The position numbers were made by a program, and so were the translations under genes. DNA of 64,000 nt from Deinococcales bacterium (GTDB taxonomy: Bacteria; Deinococcota; Deinococci; Deinococcales; JAAFIG01): assembly GCA_043778225.1 (NCBI GenBank), contig JAYWGM010000048.1, forward strand, positions 25,238 to 89,237, read 5' to 3'. Positions 51,108 through 61,929 of this stretch are shown here, in pieces (the first letter of the stretch is position 1; each line of letters starts with the position of its first letter). The notes under the pieces were generated by a model. That model saw only the letters and a program-made list of their open reading frames with translations, was not told where the DNA came from and did no database searches.

Positions 51108-52253
51108 ATGAAACCAGATGTGATTGTTCTTGGGGCGGGCATTATTGGCACAAGTGTGGCGCATTTTTTGGCAACTCGAGGCGTAAAAGTGCTGGTTTTA
51201 GAGCAGGATGCTACGCCCGCCACTGACCAAAGCGCCAGCAGCAGTGCGGCTCGAGCCACAGGTGGTTTTCGAGTCCAGTACGGCACGGGTATCAATGTGC
51301 GTTTGTCGTTGTTGGCTCGAGAAATTTTACTGAACTTTGAAGCCATGACCGGAGTCAACCCGCAGTACCAACCACATGGTTATTTGTTTTTGGCAAGTAC
51401 CAACGCCGAACTCGAGTCACTCCAAGCCGCGCAAACAGTGCAACGCCAAGCTGGTCTGGAGGTGGCTCGAACGGTATTACCCAAAGAGATTGCCAGCCTA
51501 AACCCCGCTCTAAATCTTGAAGGTATCGTAGGTGGTACATTCTGCCCGTGGGATGGTTTTATTCGTCCGCTCGAGATGCGCCGTGGTTTTGAGGAAAGTG
51601 CAGTGCGTGATGGTGCAAAATTTTTGTACGGCACACCTGCTAAACTCGAGGCTCGAGGCAATCGTGTGGTGGTCGTTACCCCCAATGCCATGCTCGAAGC
51701 CGACGCGATTGTCAATGCGGCGGGTGCTTGGGCTGGAAACCTTGGCATCAACATTGCTGTTACCCCCGAAAAACGCCAAGTTGCCGAAACTGTCCAGACC
51801 GAAGCATTACCTTACGAAATGCCGATGTCTATTTACTGCGACAGCGGTTTTCATCTCAGGGTGCGCGATAACCGTGTGCTGCTGCTGCGCCCCAGTCCAG
51901 TGAACTCGAGCCACCCGTTTGACCTCGAGCCAGACCCAAACTGGTTAAACCCAATGCACCAAGAAGCCGTTGCTCGAGTTCCCGCCCTAAAAAACTTAGC
52001 AATTGGACGCACTTGGGCTGGACTGTACGAAAACAGCCCAGACAAACACGCCATTTTTGGCAAACACCCCGAATACCCAAATCTGTACTTGGTCAATGGC
52101 TCGAGCGGACACGGCACAATGCACAGCCCAGCCTTTGGAAAACTGATGAGCCAACTGATTCTGGACGGCAAAACCCAAAGCCTCGAGACCCATATTTTGC
52201 GCCCCGAACGCTTTCTCGAGAACGATGCGATTGTCGGCAATAGTCTTTTGTAG
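51108..52253 (+). CDS. FAD-dependent oxidoreductase (DAO/sarcosine oxidase beta-like)
   Basis: GAGIIG, VNAAGAW, WAGLYE.SPD, GSSGHG. Confidence 0.9.
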   Translation: MKPDVIVLGAGIIGTSVAHFLATRGVKVLVLEQDATPATDQSASSSAARATGGFRVQYGTGINVRLSLLAREILLNFEAMTGVNPQYQPHGYLFLASTNAELESLQAAQTVQRQAGLEVARTVLPKEIASLNPALNLEGIVGGTFCPWDGFIRPLEMRRGFEESAVRDGAKFLYGTPAKLEARGNRVVVVTPNAMLEADAIVNAAGAWAGNLGINIAVTPEKRQVAETVQTEALPYEMPMSIYCDSGFHLRVRDNRVLLLRPSPVNSSHPFDLEPDPNWLNPMHQEAVARVPALKNLAIGRTWAGLYENSPDKHAIFGKHPEYPNLYLVNGSSGHGTMHSPAFGKLMSQLILDGKTQSLETHILRPERFLENDAIVGNSLL

Positions 52254-52254
52254 A

Positions 52255-52313
52255 GCAAAGAAAGCAGAAAAATTGCTTTTGATTTATTTCTCTTTTCTCT
52301 TTTCTCTTTCCTC
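52255..52313. repeat. Heptamer (TTTCTCT) array and hairpin between convergent genes
   Basis: tttctcttttctcttttctctttcctct; the complementary AAAGAGG-type array occurs at 63700-63845. Confidence 0.6.
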
Positions 52314-52948
52314 TAGCGCTTATAAGCCCCATCCAGCACCAAAGTTAGGGCTTTTTTGAGTTCATCCTTGACTGGGCGGTTTGGATGAAAAGCACTCCAG
52401 CGCAGGGCAGTCATCAAAAAAGTGTAAGCAATCGTGGCGGCAATTCGTTCAATGCTGACATCATCGCGGATTTTATGGGTCTCGCGCAGTAAAGGTTCAA
52501 TAATCTTCGCCAACGGCATGGCTTCATAGGCAGCTTTGGCACGAACTGGGTCGGGGTTAATCAATTCATAAGTCAGGGGTGGAATTAAATCGCGCTCTTC
52601 TTGGGTGACTCGAGCCAATTCAAGCCACAGTTCCTCGAGCATGGCGGATGCGTCTAAGCCCTCGTTGCGCCGTTCTTCAATCACATCATGCAGATTGGTG
52701 ACGATATACGCCCCGTAATCAAGCAGCACCGCTTCTTTGTACGGGTAGTAATTAAAGAATGTTCCCCTCGAGACATGGGCAGTGCGAGCAATGTCGGTGG
52801 CGGTGGTTTTGTCAAAACCGTTTTCCTTAAAGAGTTGAATTGCCACCTGATAAATGCGGTTGCGGCGGCGAATTTTTTGACGCTCACGCAAGGAGAGTTT
52901 TAAGTCGTCCTGCAAAAGCGGTTTTGGTGCGGGGCTAGAAAAGGTCAT
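52313..52948 (-). CDS. TetR-family regulator
   Basis: LRERQK..AIQLFKENGFDKTT..IARTAHVSRGTFFNYYPYKE. Confidence 0.93.
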   Translation of the reverse strand: MTFSSPAPKPLLQDDLKLSLRERQKIRRRNRIYQVAIQLFKENGFDKTTATDIARTAHVSRGTFFNYYPYKEAVLLDYGAYIVTNLHDVIEERRNEGLDASAMLEELWLELARVTQEERDLIPPLTYELINPDPVRAKAAYEAMPLAKIIEPLLRETHKIRDDVSIERIAATIAYTFLMTALRWSAFHPNRPVKDELKKALTLVLDGAYKR

Positions 52949-52996
52949 CACAGAGCGGGATGATAACACTTTTTTGTCTACAGTCCAAAAAAAGGC

Positions 52997-53124
52997 AGGG
53001 TTAAAAGGTCAAAGGGTTAAAAGCGACCATGCCCGACAGGTGCGTGTTTATGGTCAAGAAGGTTAAAAGGTTAAAAGGTTAAAAAGTTAAAAGGTCAAAA
53101 GGTCAAAAGGTCAAAAGGTCAAAG
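52997..53124 (+). repeat. Octamer tandem array (GGTTAAAA/GGTCAAAA) interrupted by a micro-element
   Basis: About 11 octamer units; insert at 53023-53059. Confidence 0.9.
53023..53059 (+). mobile_element. Micro-element copy (37 bp)
   Basis: GCGACCATGCCCGACAGGTGCGTGTTTATGGTCAAGA. Confidence 0.88.
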
Positions 53125-53209
53125 GGGCTAAGTGAGCAAAGTTGGAGCGTGATGTTGACCTGAATGCGCTGTCAGATAAAAATCAGGTTTTCGGATTAGA
53201 CTACATTTC

Positions 53210-56200
53210 ATGAAACCATTTTTGAGGTTATGGGGCGTTTTGCTGGTCTTGTTAGGGCTGAGTGCCGCCTTTGTCTGGGCGCAGCGCGATTCGCAGTTGT
53301 GGGTCTACTCGAGAGGGATTTTTTTGCCTACTGACGATTTGCGTTTTGAATTGTATAGCTATGGGGCTGACCCTTCAGAAATTACCGTCAATTACAATAA
53401 AGTCACCGACCCTTTAGCCTTATTGCGCTTAAAACCCAACGATGGTTACAGCGCCATTAAAATTCCCGAAAACATCAAAACCACCTTAGTCAAACGCAGC
53501 AACGTCAAAATGGATCGCAATTATGGGCAAGTTAATTTGGGCAAACTCGAGTCGGGGCTGTACTTGTTGGGCTTTGCTTCGGGCAATGCCAAAGGTATCG
53601 GTATTGCATTGGTCACCGATTTGGGGATTTTGGTCAAACGGGCGGATAAAAATGTCTCGGTGCTCAGTGTCAATCGGGTCAATGGTCAGCGTCGCAGCGC
53701 CACGGTGTATGGCATCGAAGGCAATAATGCCCAACAAATTCGCACCGATGTCAACGGGCTGGGTAAACTCTCGCCCTCGAGTGACAAAAATGGTTTGGTG
53801 GTGGCAAACAGTGGCAACAATTGGGCGGTCTCGAGGTCATGGTGGCAAAGTTACGGTCTTGAAAAATGGAAATTAACCGGACAGACCGACCGACCACTTT
53901 ATAAACCCGCTGATGCAGTTTCGTTTCGTGGCACACTGCGCGAAGGCAACACCTTAAAACCAATCAAGCTCGAGAAAATCAGCGTTGTGGCGTGTTACGA
54001 CAACACCGAACTGTGGCGTGGCAAGCAAGCGGTCAATGAATATGGCACATTCAGTGGTTCGTTTAGCTTATCCAGACGCGCCAAGACTTCGGAATACGAC
54101 CAGTACCGCATTTATGTTGCGCCAAGCGGCGAGGCAGCCTGCGGGGCTGGCTTAAATGTGGCATCCTTCAAAGTCGAGGATTACATCAAGCCAGACTTTA
54201 CAGTAGCCCTCGAGAACCCAGAAATTGGGCTGCAAGGCACAAGTGTAAAAATAGCTGCCAGTGCCGAATACCTATTTGGTGGCGGTGTTTCGGGCGGTAA
54301 GGTCAACATTCAGGTTTCTCGAGCCGAGCGCTACCGCCGCGACGACCCGCGCTACTCGGACTTTGGCTATTATTGGGGCGAATGGGATTATTGGCAACCG
54401 CGCCAAGCGATTATTTTAGAGAAAAACACCGTGCTGGGCGAAAGTGGCAAACTCGAGGTGACTGTGCCGCTCGAGCGTGACCCCGATAATGCAGTTGTGG
54501 CGTATAACATTCAGACCACCATCGAGGATGAAACCCGCCGCCCACAGACCACCAGCAGCACCGTGATTGCTTATCCAAGCACCGTGCGAGTGGCAGTGCG
54601 CTCGAGCCGTTATGTGGTCAAGGCTGGCGAAGAAATCGAAATGGATGTTCGCACCCGCGACCTGACTGGCGAAGCTGCCGATGCACCTGTCGAACTGACC
54701 TTGGTGCGCCGCGATTACTGGTACAACGCCAGCCGTTGGACTCCTCGAGAAGAAAAACTCGAGACCCGCACCGTCAGCACCAAAAATGGCAATGCCAAAG
54801 TCAAATTTAAGGTCGCTCAAGGCGGCGGCTACAGTGTGCTTGCCAAAGCCAAAGACCCACAAAACCGTGTTTCGTTGGGCGAGGCGTTTGTTTGGGTCAC
54901 AGAAGACAATCCAAGCTGGTATTGGTACTACGAAAACGCTGGAATGCAGATTAAAATGGATAAACGCGAATATGCAGTTGGCGACACCGCCGTGGCGTTT
55001 ATCAGTGGCATCAAACAAGGTGTGGATGTCTGGCTGACGCTCGAGGGCAGCGAAATTCTCAATCAGCGTGTTACTCGAGCCGCCGGTGGCAATGCCGCTT
55101 GGACATTTAAGGTCACAAAGGAAATGCAGCCCAACATTGTCTTAAAAGCCGCTTATATTGCGGCTGGCGCAAAAAGCCTAACCGAAACAACTTTAGCTGT
55201 TCCTAAAGTCCAAGAACGCCTGAGTATTTCAATTCTGCCCGCCAAGCAAAAATACCAAGCTGGCGAAGCTGGACAAGTCAAATTGCGGGTGCGTGACGCA
55301 AACGGCAAACCAATCAAAACCGAATTGGGCGTGACGGTGGTGGACAAAGGCATTTATTTACTTAAAGAAGACAGCACCCCTAACCCGTTTGATGTGCTGC
55401 ACGGCTACCGCAACAACTTGGTCGGGACAGTCTCGAGCGAAGACGAAACGCTTTATGTGGATGCACCAAGACCTGTGGCAACCGCTTTGGCATCCCCGTC
55501 AGTAGCGGCTCGCCCTCGAGCCGAAGCCCCATCTGCTAACAAAGCCGTGGCGGATTCTGCGGCTTCTGGGGCAGAAGTCAAAGTCCGTAAAGATTTTAGG
55601 GACACTGCTGATTGGCGTGCCAGTTTAATCACCAACGACGAAGGCGAAGTAACCATGACCGTGCCATTTCCCGAGAACCTGACCACTTGGCGGATTACAG
55701 TACGCGGTCAGACCCTCGAGGCAAAAGCTGGGGCTGCGAAAACCGAAGTCATGGTCACCCAAGATATTGTGGCGAGGATTGCCCAACCGACTTTTTTGGT
55801 GCGCGGTGATTCGTTCCAGTTGCGCGGCATTGTCAATAATAACCGCGAAACGCCAATCACTGGGCAGTTCAGCATTGGCTTAAATGGTCTGACTGCCAGC
55901 ACCCCACTCCAAACCAGCCTGAGCATCAAACCCGGACAGCGCGGCAGTTTTGACACCCGTGTGACCGCCACCGAATTTGGGATTGCCAAAGTAACCGCCA
56001 AATTTGCCGATAATCTGGGCGGCGACGCGCTCGAGTTACCGATTAACATTAAACCGCGTGGCTTTACCGATGGGACTGGTTGGGCAGCCGATGCCAAGCG
56101 TGGCGCAAAGAAATTCAGCATCCCAACGGACACCAACCTCGAGAGTGCCAGACTCAAAATCGCCCTGACCCCAAGTTTACTGAGTGCCGTTCGCCCTGCG

Positions 56201-57646
56201 CTCGAGCAACTGATTGGCTACCCTTATGGCTGTACCGAACAAACCCTATCGCGCTTTTTGCCGACTCTGCTGGCACAGCAAGCCTTTCCCCGCGACGACC
56301 TGCCCGAACTCTTGGATGCGGGTTTAAGCCGCCTCGAGACGCTGCGCCACAACGATGGCGGCTGGGGCTTTTGGACTGAAGACAGCAGCACGCTGGAGAT
56401 GACCGGACAAGTGGTGCTGGCATTGGCTCGAGCCAAAACAGTCGGGCTAAAATTTGAGTCGTATTTGTTGGATGGCGCAGTGCAGTGGTTGCGCCAACGC
56501 ATCAACGATGGCAATGGTCAACGTGGCGCACGAGCCGTGGCATACCGCGCTCTTGCCGAAGCAGGCAGCCCAGCTTTGGAGAGCATGGAAGACTTTGCCG
56601 CCCTGCGCGACCTCGAGCCGTATCATCTGGGGCAACTGGCACTGGCATACCACAAACTTGGCAAGCTCGAGGAAGCCCGCACAATGCTGACCCGCCTCAA
56701 AGCCAAGCGCATCGAGACCGACAGCAATGTGCGCTGGGAACGTCCAAATCGTCAGTACCGTTGGTACTACTACTGGGATGATAACCCCGTCTTGGTCACG
56801 GCAGTTGCACTCGAAGCCTTAGCCAAACTCGAGCCACGCAGCAATCTGATTCCAAAAACAATCAATTATTTACTGCAACAACGCCGTGGTTACTGGTGGG
56901 TCTCGACCCAAGACACCGCCGCCACCGTGATTGCCGCGCTTGCACTACCCAAACCTGCCGACAGCAACCAGACCGTTAAAGTGCTGCTGAACGGCAAAGA
57001 AATCGCCACCAAGACCATAGACGAAAAAGGCACAACCCTCGACCTTGACCCAAAGCTCAAAATTGGCGAAAACAGCCTCGAGATTAAAGGCGACCTCAAT
57101 TATGCCGCCAGCCTCGAGTACGTCCGTGAGCCAGAACGCTTGGTGGCTGATTCGGATGGAATTACGGTTAATCCAACCTATTACAAACTCGAGAAAAAAT
57201 GGAACGAAAGCGCTCGTAATTACGATTACACCCCAGTGCCACTGATTAAGGATGGTATTGCCCAACCACTCGAGGTTGGCGAAATGATTGCGGTCAACAT
57301 CCGCATTAAACCCGAAAGTGGCAGTATGCGCCATCTGCAAGTGATTCAGCCCGTACCAGCCGGCTTTAGTGTGGTTAAAGAAACTGGTTGGAATTTCCAG
57401 CCCGGCAGAGCCATTCGCTACTTTGAAAATTATTGGTACTGGAATTATTGGTACTCTGGGCGTGAAATTTACCAAGATCGCGTAGAACTCTATGCCGACA
57501 CCTTTGGCGGCGAGCAAGAATTTACAGTCTATATGCGGGCGCAAACCCCCGGCACATTTACCGCACTGCCAACCATTGCCGAACTGATGTACGACCCCAG
57601 CATTCGCGGTCGCTCGAGTGCCGCAACTTTAACAATTAAAGAATAA
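53210..57646 (+). CDS. Bacterial alpha-2-macroglobulin (YfaS/YfhM-like)
   Basis: Signal peptide; TDRPLYKP, VRKDF, PENLTTWR, thioester PYGCTEQ, DGGWGFW, STQDT, AELMYDP. Confidence 0.93.
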   Translation: MKPFLRLWGVLLVLLGLSAAFVWAQRDSQLWVYSRGIFLPTDDLRFELYSYGADPSEITVNYNKVTDPLALLRLKPNDGYSAIKIPENIKTTLVKRSNVKMDRNYGQVNLGKLESGLYLLGFASGNAKGIGIALVTDLGILVKRADKNVSVLSVNRVNGQRRSATVYGIEGNNAQQIRTDVNGLGKLSPSSDKNGLVVANSGNNWAVSRSWWQSYGLEKWKLTGQTDRPLYKPADAVSFRGTLREGNTLKPIKLEKISVVACYDNTELWRGKQAVNEYGTFSGSFSLSRRAKTSEYDQYRIYVAPSGEAACGAGLNVASFKVEDYIKPDFTVALENPEIGLQGTSVKIAASAEYLFGGGVSGGKVNIQVSRAERYRRDDPRYSDFGYYWGEWDYWQPRQAIILEKNTVLGESGKLEVTVPLERDPDNAVVAYNIQTTIEDETRRPQTTSSTVIAYPSTVRVAVRSSRYVVKAGEEIEMDVRTRDLTGEAADAPVELTLVRRDYWYNASRWTPREEKLETRTVSTKNGNAKVKFKVAQGGGYSVLAKAKDPQNRVSLGEAFVWVTEDNPSWYWYYENAGMQIKMDKREYAVGDTAVAFISGIKQGVDVWLTLEGSEILNQRVTRAAGGNAAWTFKVTKEMQPNIVLKAAYIAAGAKSLTETTLAVPKVQERLSISILPAKQKYQAGEAGQVKLRVRDANGKPIKTELGVTVVDKGIYLLKEDSTPNPFDVLHGYRNNLVGTVSSEDETLYVDAPRPVATALASPSVAARPRAEAPSANKAVADSAASGAEVKVRKDFRDTADWRASLITNDEGEVTMTVPFPENLTTWRITVRGQTLEAKAGAAKTEVMVTQDIVARIAQPTFLVRGDSFQLRGIVNNNRETPITGQFSIGLNGLTASTPLQTSLSIKPGQRGSFDTRVTATEFGIAKVTAKFADNLGGDALELPINIKPRGFTDGTGWAADAKRGAKKFSIPTDTNLESARLKIALTPSLLSAVRPALEQLIGYPYGCTEQTLSRFLPTLLAQQAFPRDDLPELLDAGLSRLETLRHNDGGWGFWTEDSSTLEMTGQVVLALARAKTVGLKFESYLLDGAVQWLRQRINDGNGQRGARAVAYRALAEAGSPALESMEDFAALRDLEPYHLGQLALAYHKLGKLEEARTMLTRLKAKRIETDSNVRWERPNRQYRWYYYWDDNPVLVTAVALEALAKLEPRSNLIPKTINYLLQQRRGYWWVSTQDTAATVIAALALPKPADSNQTVKVLLNGKEIATKTIDEKGTTLDLDPKLKIGENSLEIKGDLNYAASLEYVREPERLVADSDGITVNPTYYKLEKKWNESARNYDYTPVPLIKDGIAQPLEVGEMIAVNIRIKPESGSMRHLQVIQPVPAGFSVVKETGWNFQPGRAIRYFENYWYWNYWYSGREIYQDRVELYADTFGGEQEFTVYMRAQTPGTFTALPTIAELMYDPSIRGRSSAATLTIKE

Positions 57647-57647
57647 A

Positions 57648-57935
57648 CCCTCACCCGCCGCGCCTCTTGACCCCTACAGCAGCACCTTCGGGCTTGGGGG
57701 CGCGACACCCTGTTGGACTGTTTATTGCTCTTTTCCTGCATTTCCACGAGCTTCGCTCGATACTATTGTGTCGCCAAAAAGCGCGGGAGAGGGTTGTTCG
57801 GTTTGTTTTGTTGTTCTAGCGTAAGGATGGAAAAAGCCAAACCCTACCAACCAAAAACCCCCTCAACGAGCGACCCAGCCCGTCAGGTGCATCTTTAGGG
57901 TCAAGAGAGGGGGTCGCCGAAGGCGGGGGGAGTGC
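57648..57935. repeat. GC-rich REP-like palindromic cluster containing two micro-element copies (57665-57703 minus, 57870-57906 plus)
   Basis: ccctcacccgcc.. / ccccctc-aacga-[insert]-gagggggtcgccgaaggcgggggg; inserts match GCCCG..GGTGC..GGTCAAGA. Confidence 0.72.
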
Positions 57936-57993
57936 GTGAGAGAATGTGTCTTCATGTACCGCATCGCACTCCTTGACCTGCCGAACTTGACTT

Positions 57994-58926
57994 CTATAAA
58001 TGGGTCTTAAACCACTCGAGGGTCATACGCCAAGCATCGTCAGCAGCATCTTTTTTATAGTTTGCGCCAGTATCGTTGTTAAAGGCATGATTTGCGCCTT
58101 CATAGATTTTAATTTGGTACTTGGCATTGGCAGCTTTGAGGGCGGTCTCGAGGGCGGGAATTCCAGCATTGATACGGCTGTCGTTACCGCCGTAAATACC
58201 CAGCACCGCCGCTTTGATGTTGGGGACTTTTGTTAAGTCTGGAGCAGGTCCGTAAAATGGCACGGCTGCCAAGAGGTCTTTACTTTCGGTCGCAAGTCGC
58301 CACGTTAAGCCGCCGCCAAAGCAAAAGCCAGTCACGCCAAGGCGCTGAGATTGCACACCAATATAATTTTTAAGCACATGCAGTGCCTCGAGCAAATTCG
58401 TCACGTGTTCGTCGCCGTTGGTCTGAGCCAATAAACTCGAGATTTGGGCTGTATCGGTAAATTTCTTTGTGCCGCCGCTTTTACTGACCAAATCCACGGC
58501 TAGTGCCACATAACCAGCTTTGGCTAAGCGCCGTGCGATGTCTTCGATGTGTGGTTGCAGCCCACGGTTTTCGTGAATCACCAGCACACCCGGCGCACTG
58601 GCAGTGCCAACGGGTTTAGCCAAGTAGCCAAAATGTTCAAACCCCCTTGCCATAAAAGAAATGCTTTTGGCATCGATGCTTGGGTCTTTGGGGTCAACTT
58701 GTTGCGCTCGTAACACGGGTTCGACTTCGGGGATGCTGGCAAAAACTTGGTCCCATTCAGCTTGGCTGGCTGCGGCTATTCCAGCCGAACTTAAAAGCGC
58801 GGTCGCGCCAACGATACCGCCACCCAGCAGTGCCATACGGCGCAGCAGTTCACGGCGACTGATTTCTCCGTGTTGAAAGTCTTCAACAAATTCGTCTACC
58901 ACATACCGATACAAATCTTGCTGCAT
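57994..58926 (-). CDS. Dienelactone hydrolase family protein (YghX-like, twin-arginine-like N-terminus)
   Basis: SRRELL, IHENRGL, GFCFGG, ANHAFNND; SD GAGGAG. Confidence 0.92.
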   Translation of the reverse strand: MQQDLYRYVVDEFVEDFQHGEISRRELLRRMALLGGGIVGATALLSSAGIAAASQAEWDQVFASIPEVEPVLRAQQVDPKDPSIDAKSISFMARGFEHFGYLAKPVGTASAPGVLVIHENRGLQPHIEDIARRLAKAGYVALAVDLVSKSGGTKKFTDTAQISSLLAQTNGDEHVTNLLEALHVLKNYIGVQSQRLGVTGFCFGGGLTWRLATESKDLLAAVPFYGPAPDLTKVPNIKAAVLGIYGGNDSRINAGIPALETALKAANAKYQIKIYEGANHAFNNDTGANYKKDAADDAWRMTLEWFKTHL

Positions 58927-58936
58927 AAAAACTCCT

Positions 58937-59893
58937 CTAGACCACACGACGGTTGAGTTCTCCCGCCGCCAACGAAACAAAAAGTAGAATTCCTGCCAAC
59001 GCGGCTGCCAAATGGGTCACTTCACCAGGGCGGGTTGTCCAACCAATGCTGCGTCCAAGGTTTTTATAAACGGCATTGAGTTGCCCCGCACTGCGAGCTT
59101 CAAAGTATTGTCCGCCAGTCGTGGCGGCGATTTGCTTTAAGGTTTCGGGGTCAAAACCCACCCGAAAACCGCCATTCTCGAGGTTGATTGAACCAGTTTC
59201 TGTGCCAAGCCCAACGGTATAAATTTTAACTTGTTGGTCTCGAGCCATGCTTGCCATTTCGATCGGGTCTGGGTCACGGTTGTTGCGCCCATCGGTCAGC
59301 AACACCACAGCCACAGGTGGTGGATTTTTCTCGAGCTTGGTCTGACCATCACTGTTGCGTCCGGGCAGCGCCGAAACCGATTCACGGATACCCGCCCCGA
59401 TGGCTGTACCACGTCCCATCGATAACTCATCAATCGCTTTTAAGACTTCATCATGATCGGCGGTCGGATTGACATTCACAGCCGCATAACCAGCAAAACT
59501 GACCAGACCAATTTTTGTGCCTTTTGGCAGTTGTTTGATAAAAAGTCGAGCCGCTTCTTGGGCGGCGATAAACCGAGTCGGCACAATGTCTTTGGCATCC
59601 ATCGAAAGCGAAACATCGAGCGTTATCATGATCGTGGTTTTATTGTCTGGTACTGGCACAGGCGCATTGGGGCGAGCCAGTGCCACAACCGACATTCCGA
59701 TTGCCAGTAAAAACACCAGGGTCGGTAAATCGCGTCCTCTCGAGAAACGCTTGGTGCTGAGTCGCTCGAGAAATTCAGCATCGGGGTGCAGCACCACACC
59801 CTCGGCGGGACGTGCCTGACTTTTAAGGTACAACCATGCCAAAATTGGAATCACCAAGAGTGCCAGCAATAACCATGTCCAAGTAAAACTCAT
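58937..59893 (-). CDS. vWA-domain membrane protein (BatA-like)
   Basis: ALARP, MIDAS DVSLSM, GTAIG, LLTDG. Confidence 0.9.
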   Translation of the reverse strand: MSFTWTWLLLALLVIPILAWLYLKSQARPAEGVVLHPDAEFLERLSTKRFSRGRDLPTLVFLLAIGMSVVALARPNAPVPVPDNKTTIMITLDVSLSMDAKDIVPTRFIAAQEAARLFIKQLPKGTKIGLVSFAGYAAVNVNPTADHDEVLKAIDELSMGRGTAIGAGIRESVSALPGRNSDGQTKLEKNPPPVAVVLLTDGRNNRDPDPIEMASMARDQQVKIYTVGLGTETGSINLENGGFRVGFDPETLKQIAATTGGQYFEARSAGQLNAVYKNLGRSIGWTTRPGEVTHLAAALAGILLFVSLAAGELNRRVV

Positions 59894-60903
59894 GTCAACC
59901 TCCGATGCCAAACCAGATTAAATCCAGCCGCAAACAGCAACCAGAGCAGAGCCAAACCCGACAAAACACCGCTTAACTCGAGTTTGGTGGCTTCAAAACG
60001 AATTGCTGTGCCGAGTTCCTTAAAAATTTTGGTCAGTTCGCCTTTGTCAGCCGTCACAGCTTGCCCTTCGCCAAGTTGGGCAATTTGTTTTAGGGTTTCG
60101 GCATTAAAGGGAATAAAGTAATCTTGCCCATCTATTTTGGCAACTGCGCCACCTTGTTTACCGACCGCTACTGTGTAGACCTTGACTTTGTGGGTTTTGG
60201 CAAATTGGGTGGCTAAACGCACATCTGCCCCAGCGTTGCCAACCCCGTCGGAGAGCAGCAAAATTGCGCCGGGCGGCAAAGCGTTAAAATCTATCGGCTT
60301 GGCAGTGGGGTTTTGTTGCCCCGGGCGCGGCGCTCCGGGCAATCCTTGCGGGATAATCGCTGCCGCTCGTCCGGGTAAGGCGCGAACACCCGCCACAATT
60401 GGGTCGGCAAGGCTGGTGGTATTGGAGGTTTTGACTTTCTCGAGCCGCTCGAGCAATTGCACGCGGTCGGTCGTGACCGGCACAACGGCAGCAGCACTCT
60501 CGGAAAATGTCACCAAGCCAATGCGCGTATCTTGCGGCGCAAGTTTAAGAAAATCCTTAATCACACCTTTGGCAACCTCGAGCCGCGTTGGTTCAACATC
60601 TGGCGCAAGCATCGAACGGCTGGTGTCGAGGGCAATCATCACAGCAGCTTTATTTTGTGGCAAAGAAAGGGTGGCGGTTGGGTGTGAAGCGGTCAATAAA
60701 AGCGCTGCCAATGCCAACAATTGCAAAACCCGTGGGATATTGGAGTGTGCTTTTGGGGCGGTTTTAATCGTGCTGCTCAGTAAACTGGCATCAGCATAGA
60801 GCAGCGAGGTATTTTTACGCCGTGCCTCAAGCCGTGTGAGACCAAACCAAGCAAGCGGCACAAGCAGCAACAGCAACAACAATTCGGGGGAAGCAAAAGT
60901 CAT
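59890..60903 (-). CDS. vWA-domain membrane protein (BatA-like paralogue)
   Basis: MTFASP, MIDAS DTSRSM, LLSDG. Confidence 0.9.
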   Translation of the reverse strand: MTFASPELLLLLLLVPLAWFGLTRLEARRKNTSLLYADASLLSSTIKTAPKAHSNIPRVLQLLALAALLLTASHPTATLSLPQNKAAVMIALDTSRSMLAPDVEPTRLEVAKGVIKDFLKLAPQDTRIGLVTFSESAAAVVPVTTDRVQLLERLEKVKTSNTTSLADPIVAGVRALPGRAAAIIPQGLPGAPRPGQQNPTAKPIDFNALPPGAILLLSDGVGNAGADVRLATQFAKTHKVKVYTVAVGKQGGAVAKIDGQDYFIPFNAETLKQIAQLGEGQAVTADKGELTKIFKELGTAIRFEATKLELSGVLSGLALLWLLFAAGFNLVWHRRLT

Positions 60904-61883
60904 CTGCGTCCTTTTCTGCGAATGGCAAACTTGAGCAATGGATTTAAGATGTCATGGGCGGTAATCAACTCTAAATTGTCCACTGTTGCCCTCCTAAATG
61001 CTTTAGAAATGCGGTTTTCACGCTCGAGAACCATAGCCTGATGAGCCGCTTGAACACTTTTATCGGAAGTATCCACCCAAGTTTCACGGCTCGAAACGGG
61101 GTCACGAAAACGCGCCCCGCCAACTTTGGGCAACTCGCGCTCTACGGGGTCTATGGTTCGCACCGCGATTAAATCGTGTTTGATGCCCAAGCGCGAAAGG
61201 TTTTTTTCCCACAAGGCGGGCGGCTCGAGAAAATCAGAAATCACAAAGACCAAACCACGCCGCCGCAGGGTCTTGGCGACTTGCTCGAGGGCAGTGCCTA
61301 AATTGGTCTGCGAAGCTATATTTTGATTCTCGAGTTTTGAAAGTTGGTCTACGATTCTCAAGGCTTGTTGCCGACCGCTGCCGGCTGGAATCAGTTTGAC
61401 CCCGTTAGCACTGACCGCCAATGCCCCAACTTTATCGCCGTGCCGAGTACAGATTCGGGCTGCCATGGCGGCAAACTCGAGCGCCAACTGGAATTTGGTG
61501 ACGCGCCGTGTGCCAAAGTGCATACTTGGGTTGGCATCGACAATAATCCAAGCCGTAATCTCGCGCTCTTCACGGTACTGGCGCACGTGCAACTCACCAG
61601 AACGGGCGGTCACATTCCAGTCAATCCGCCGTACTTCGTCGCCCGGCTGATATGGGCGCACTTCGGCTAAATCCAAACTTGGTCCATAAAAAACGCCAGT
61701 GTAATCGCCAAATAAAAAGCCATCCAAACGCTTTAAGACCGTAAACTCGAGTTGGCGCAGCAATTGCTCGGGGAGGGCATGATGGGCGGCTTTACTCGAG
61801 ACCACGGGTGCAACCGACAAAGCCGGCGGCGCTTTTGGGGTGCGTCGCCAAAATGGGGTACGGCTAGTGCTGGCAATGGTCAC
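60900..61883 (-). CDS. DUF58-domain protein
   Basis: VRPYQPGDEVRRIDWNVTAR, ISDF. Confidence 0.93.
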   Translation of the reverse strand: MTIASTSRTPFWRRTPKAPPALSVAPVVSSKAAHHALPEQLLRQLEFTVLKRLDGFLFGDYTGVFYGPSLDLAEVRPYQPGDEVRRIDWNVTARSGELHVRQYREEREITAWIIVDANPSMHFGTRRVTKFQLALEFAAMAARICTRHGDKVGALAVSANGVKLIPAGSGRQQALRIVDQLSKLENQNIASQTNLGTALEQVAKTLRRRGLVFVISDFLEPPALWEKNLSRLGIKHDLIAVRTIDPVERELPKVGGARFRDPVSSRETWVDTSDKSVQAAHQAMVLERENRISKAFRRATVDNLELITAHDILNPLLKFAIRRKGRR

Positions 61884-61903
61884 AAATTATTCCCTTGATA
61901 GAG

Positions 61904-61927
61904 AGGCGAGGCAAGCCCCGCCCCTAC
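61904..61927 (-). repeat. Single GTAG-type REP
   Basis: Reverse complement GTAGGGGCGGGGCTTGCCTCGCCT. Confidence 0.75.
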
Positions 61928-61929
61928 GG

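Noticed and set aside
57713..57898. 61-aa ORF between A2M and the hydrolase
   Set aside because: Runs through REP and micro-element repeats, with no SD or recognisable content
57870..57906. Micro-element as SRP RNA or group II intron domain V
   Set aside because: Shares only CCGTCAGGT with SRP and lacks CCGGAAGGAAGCAG; I see no domain V catalytic triad or domain VI
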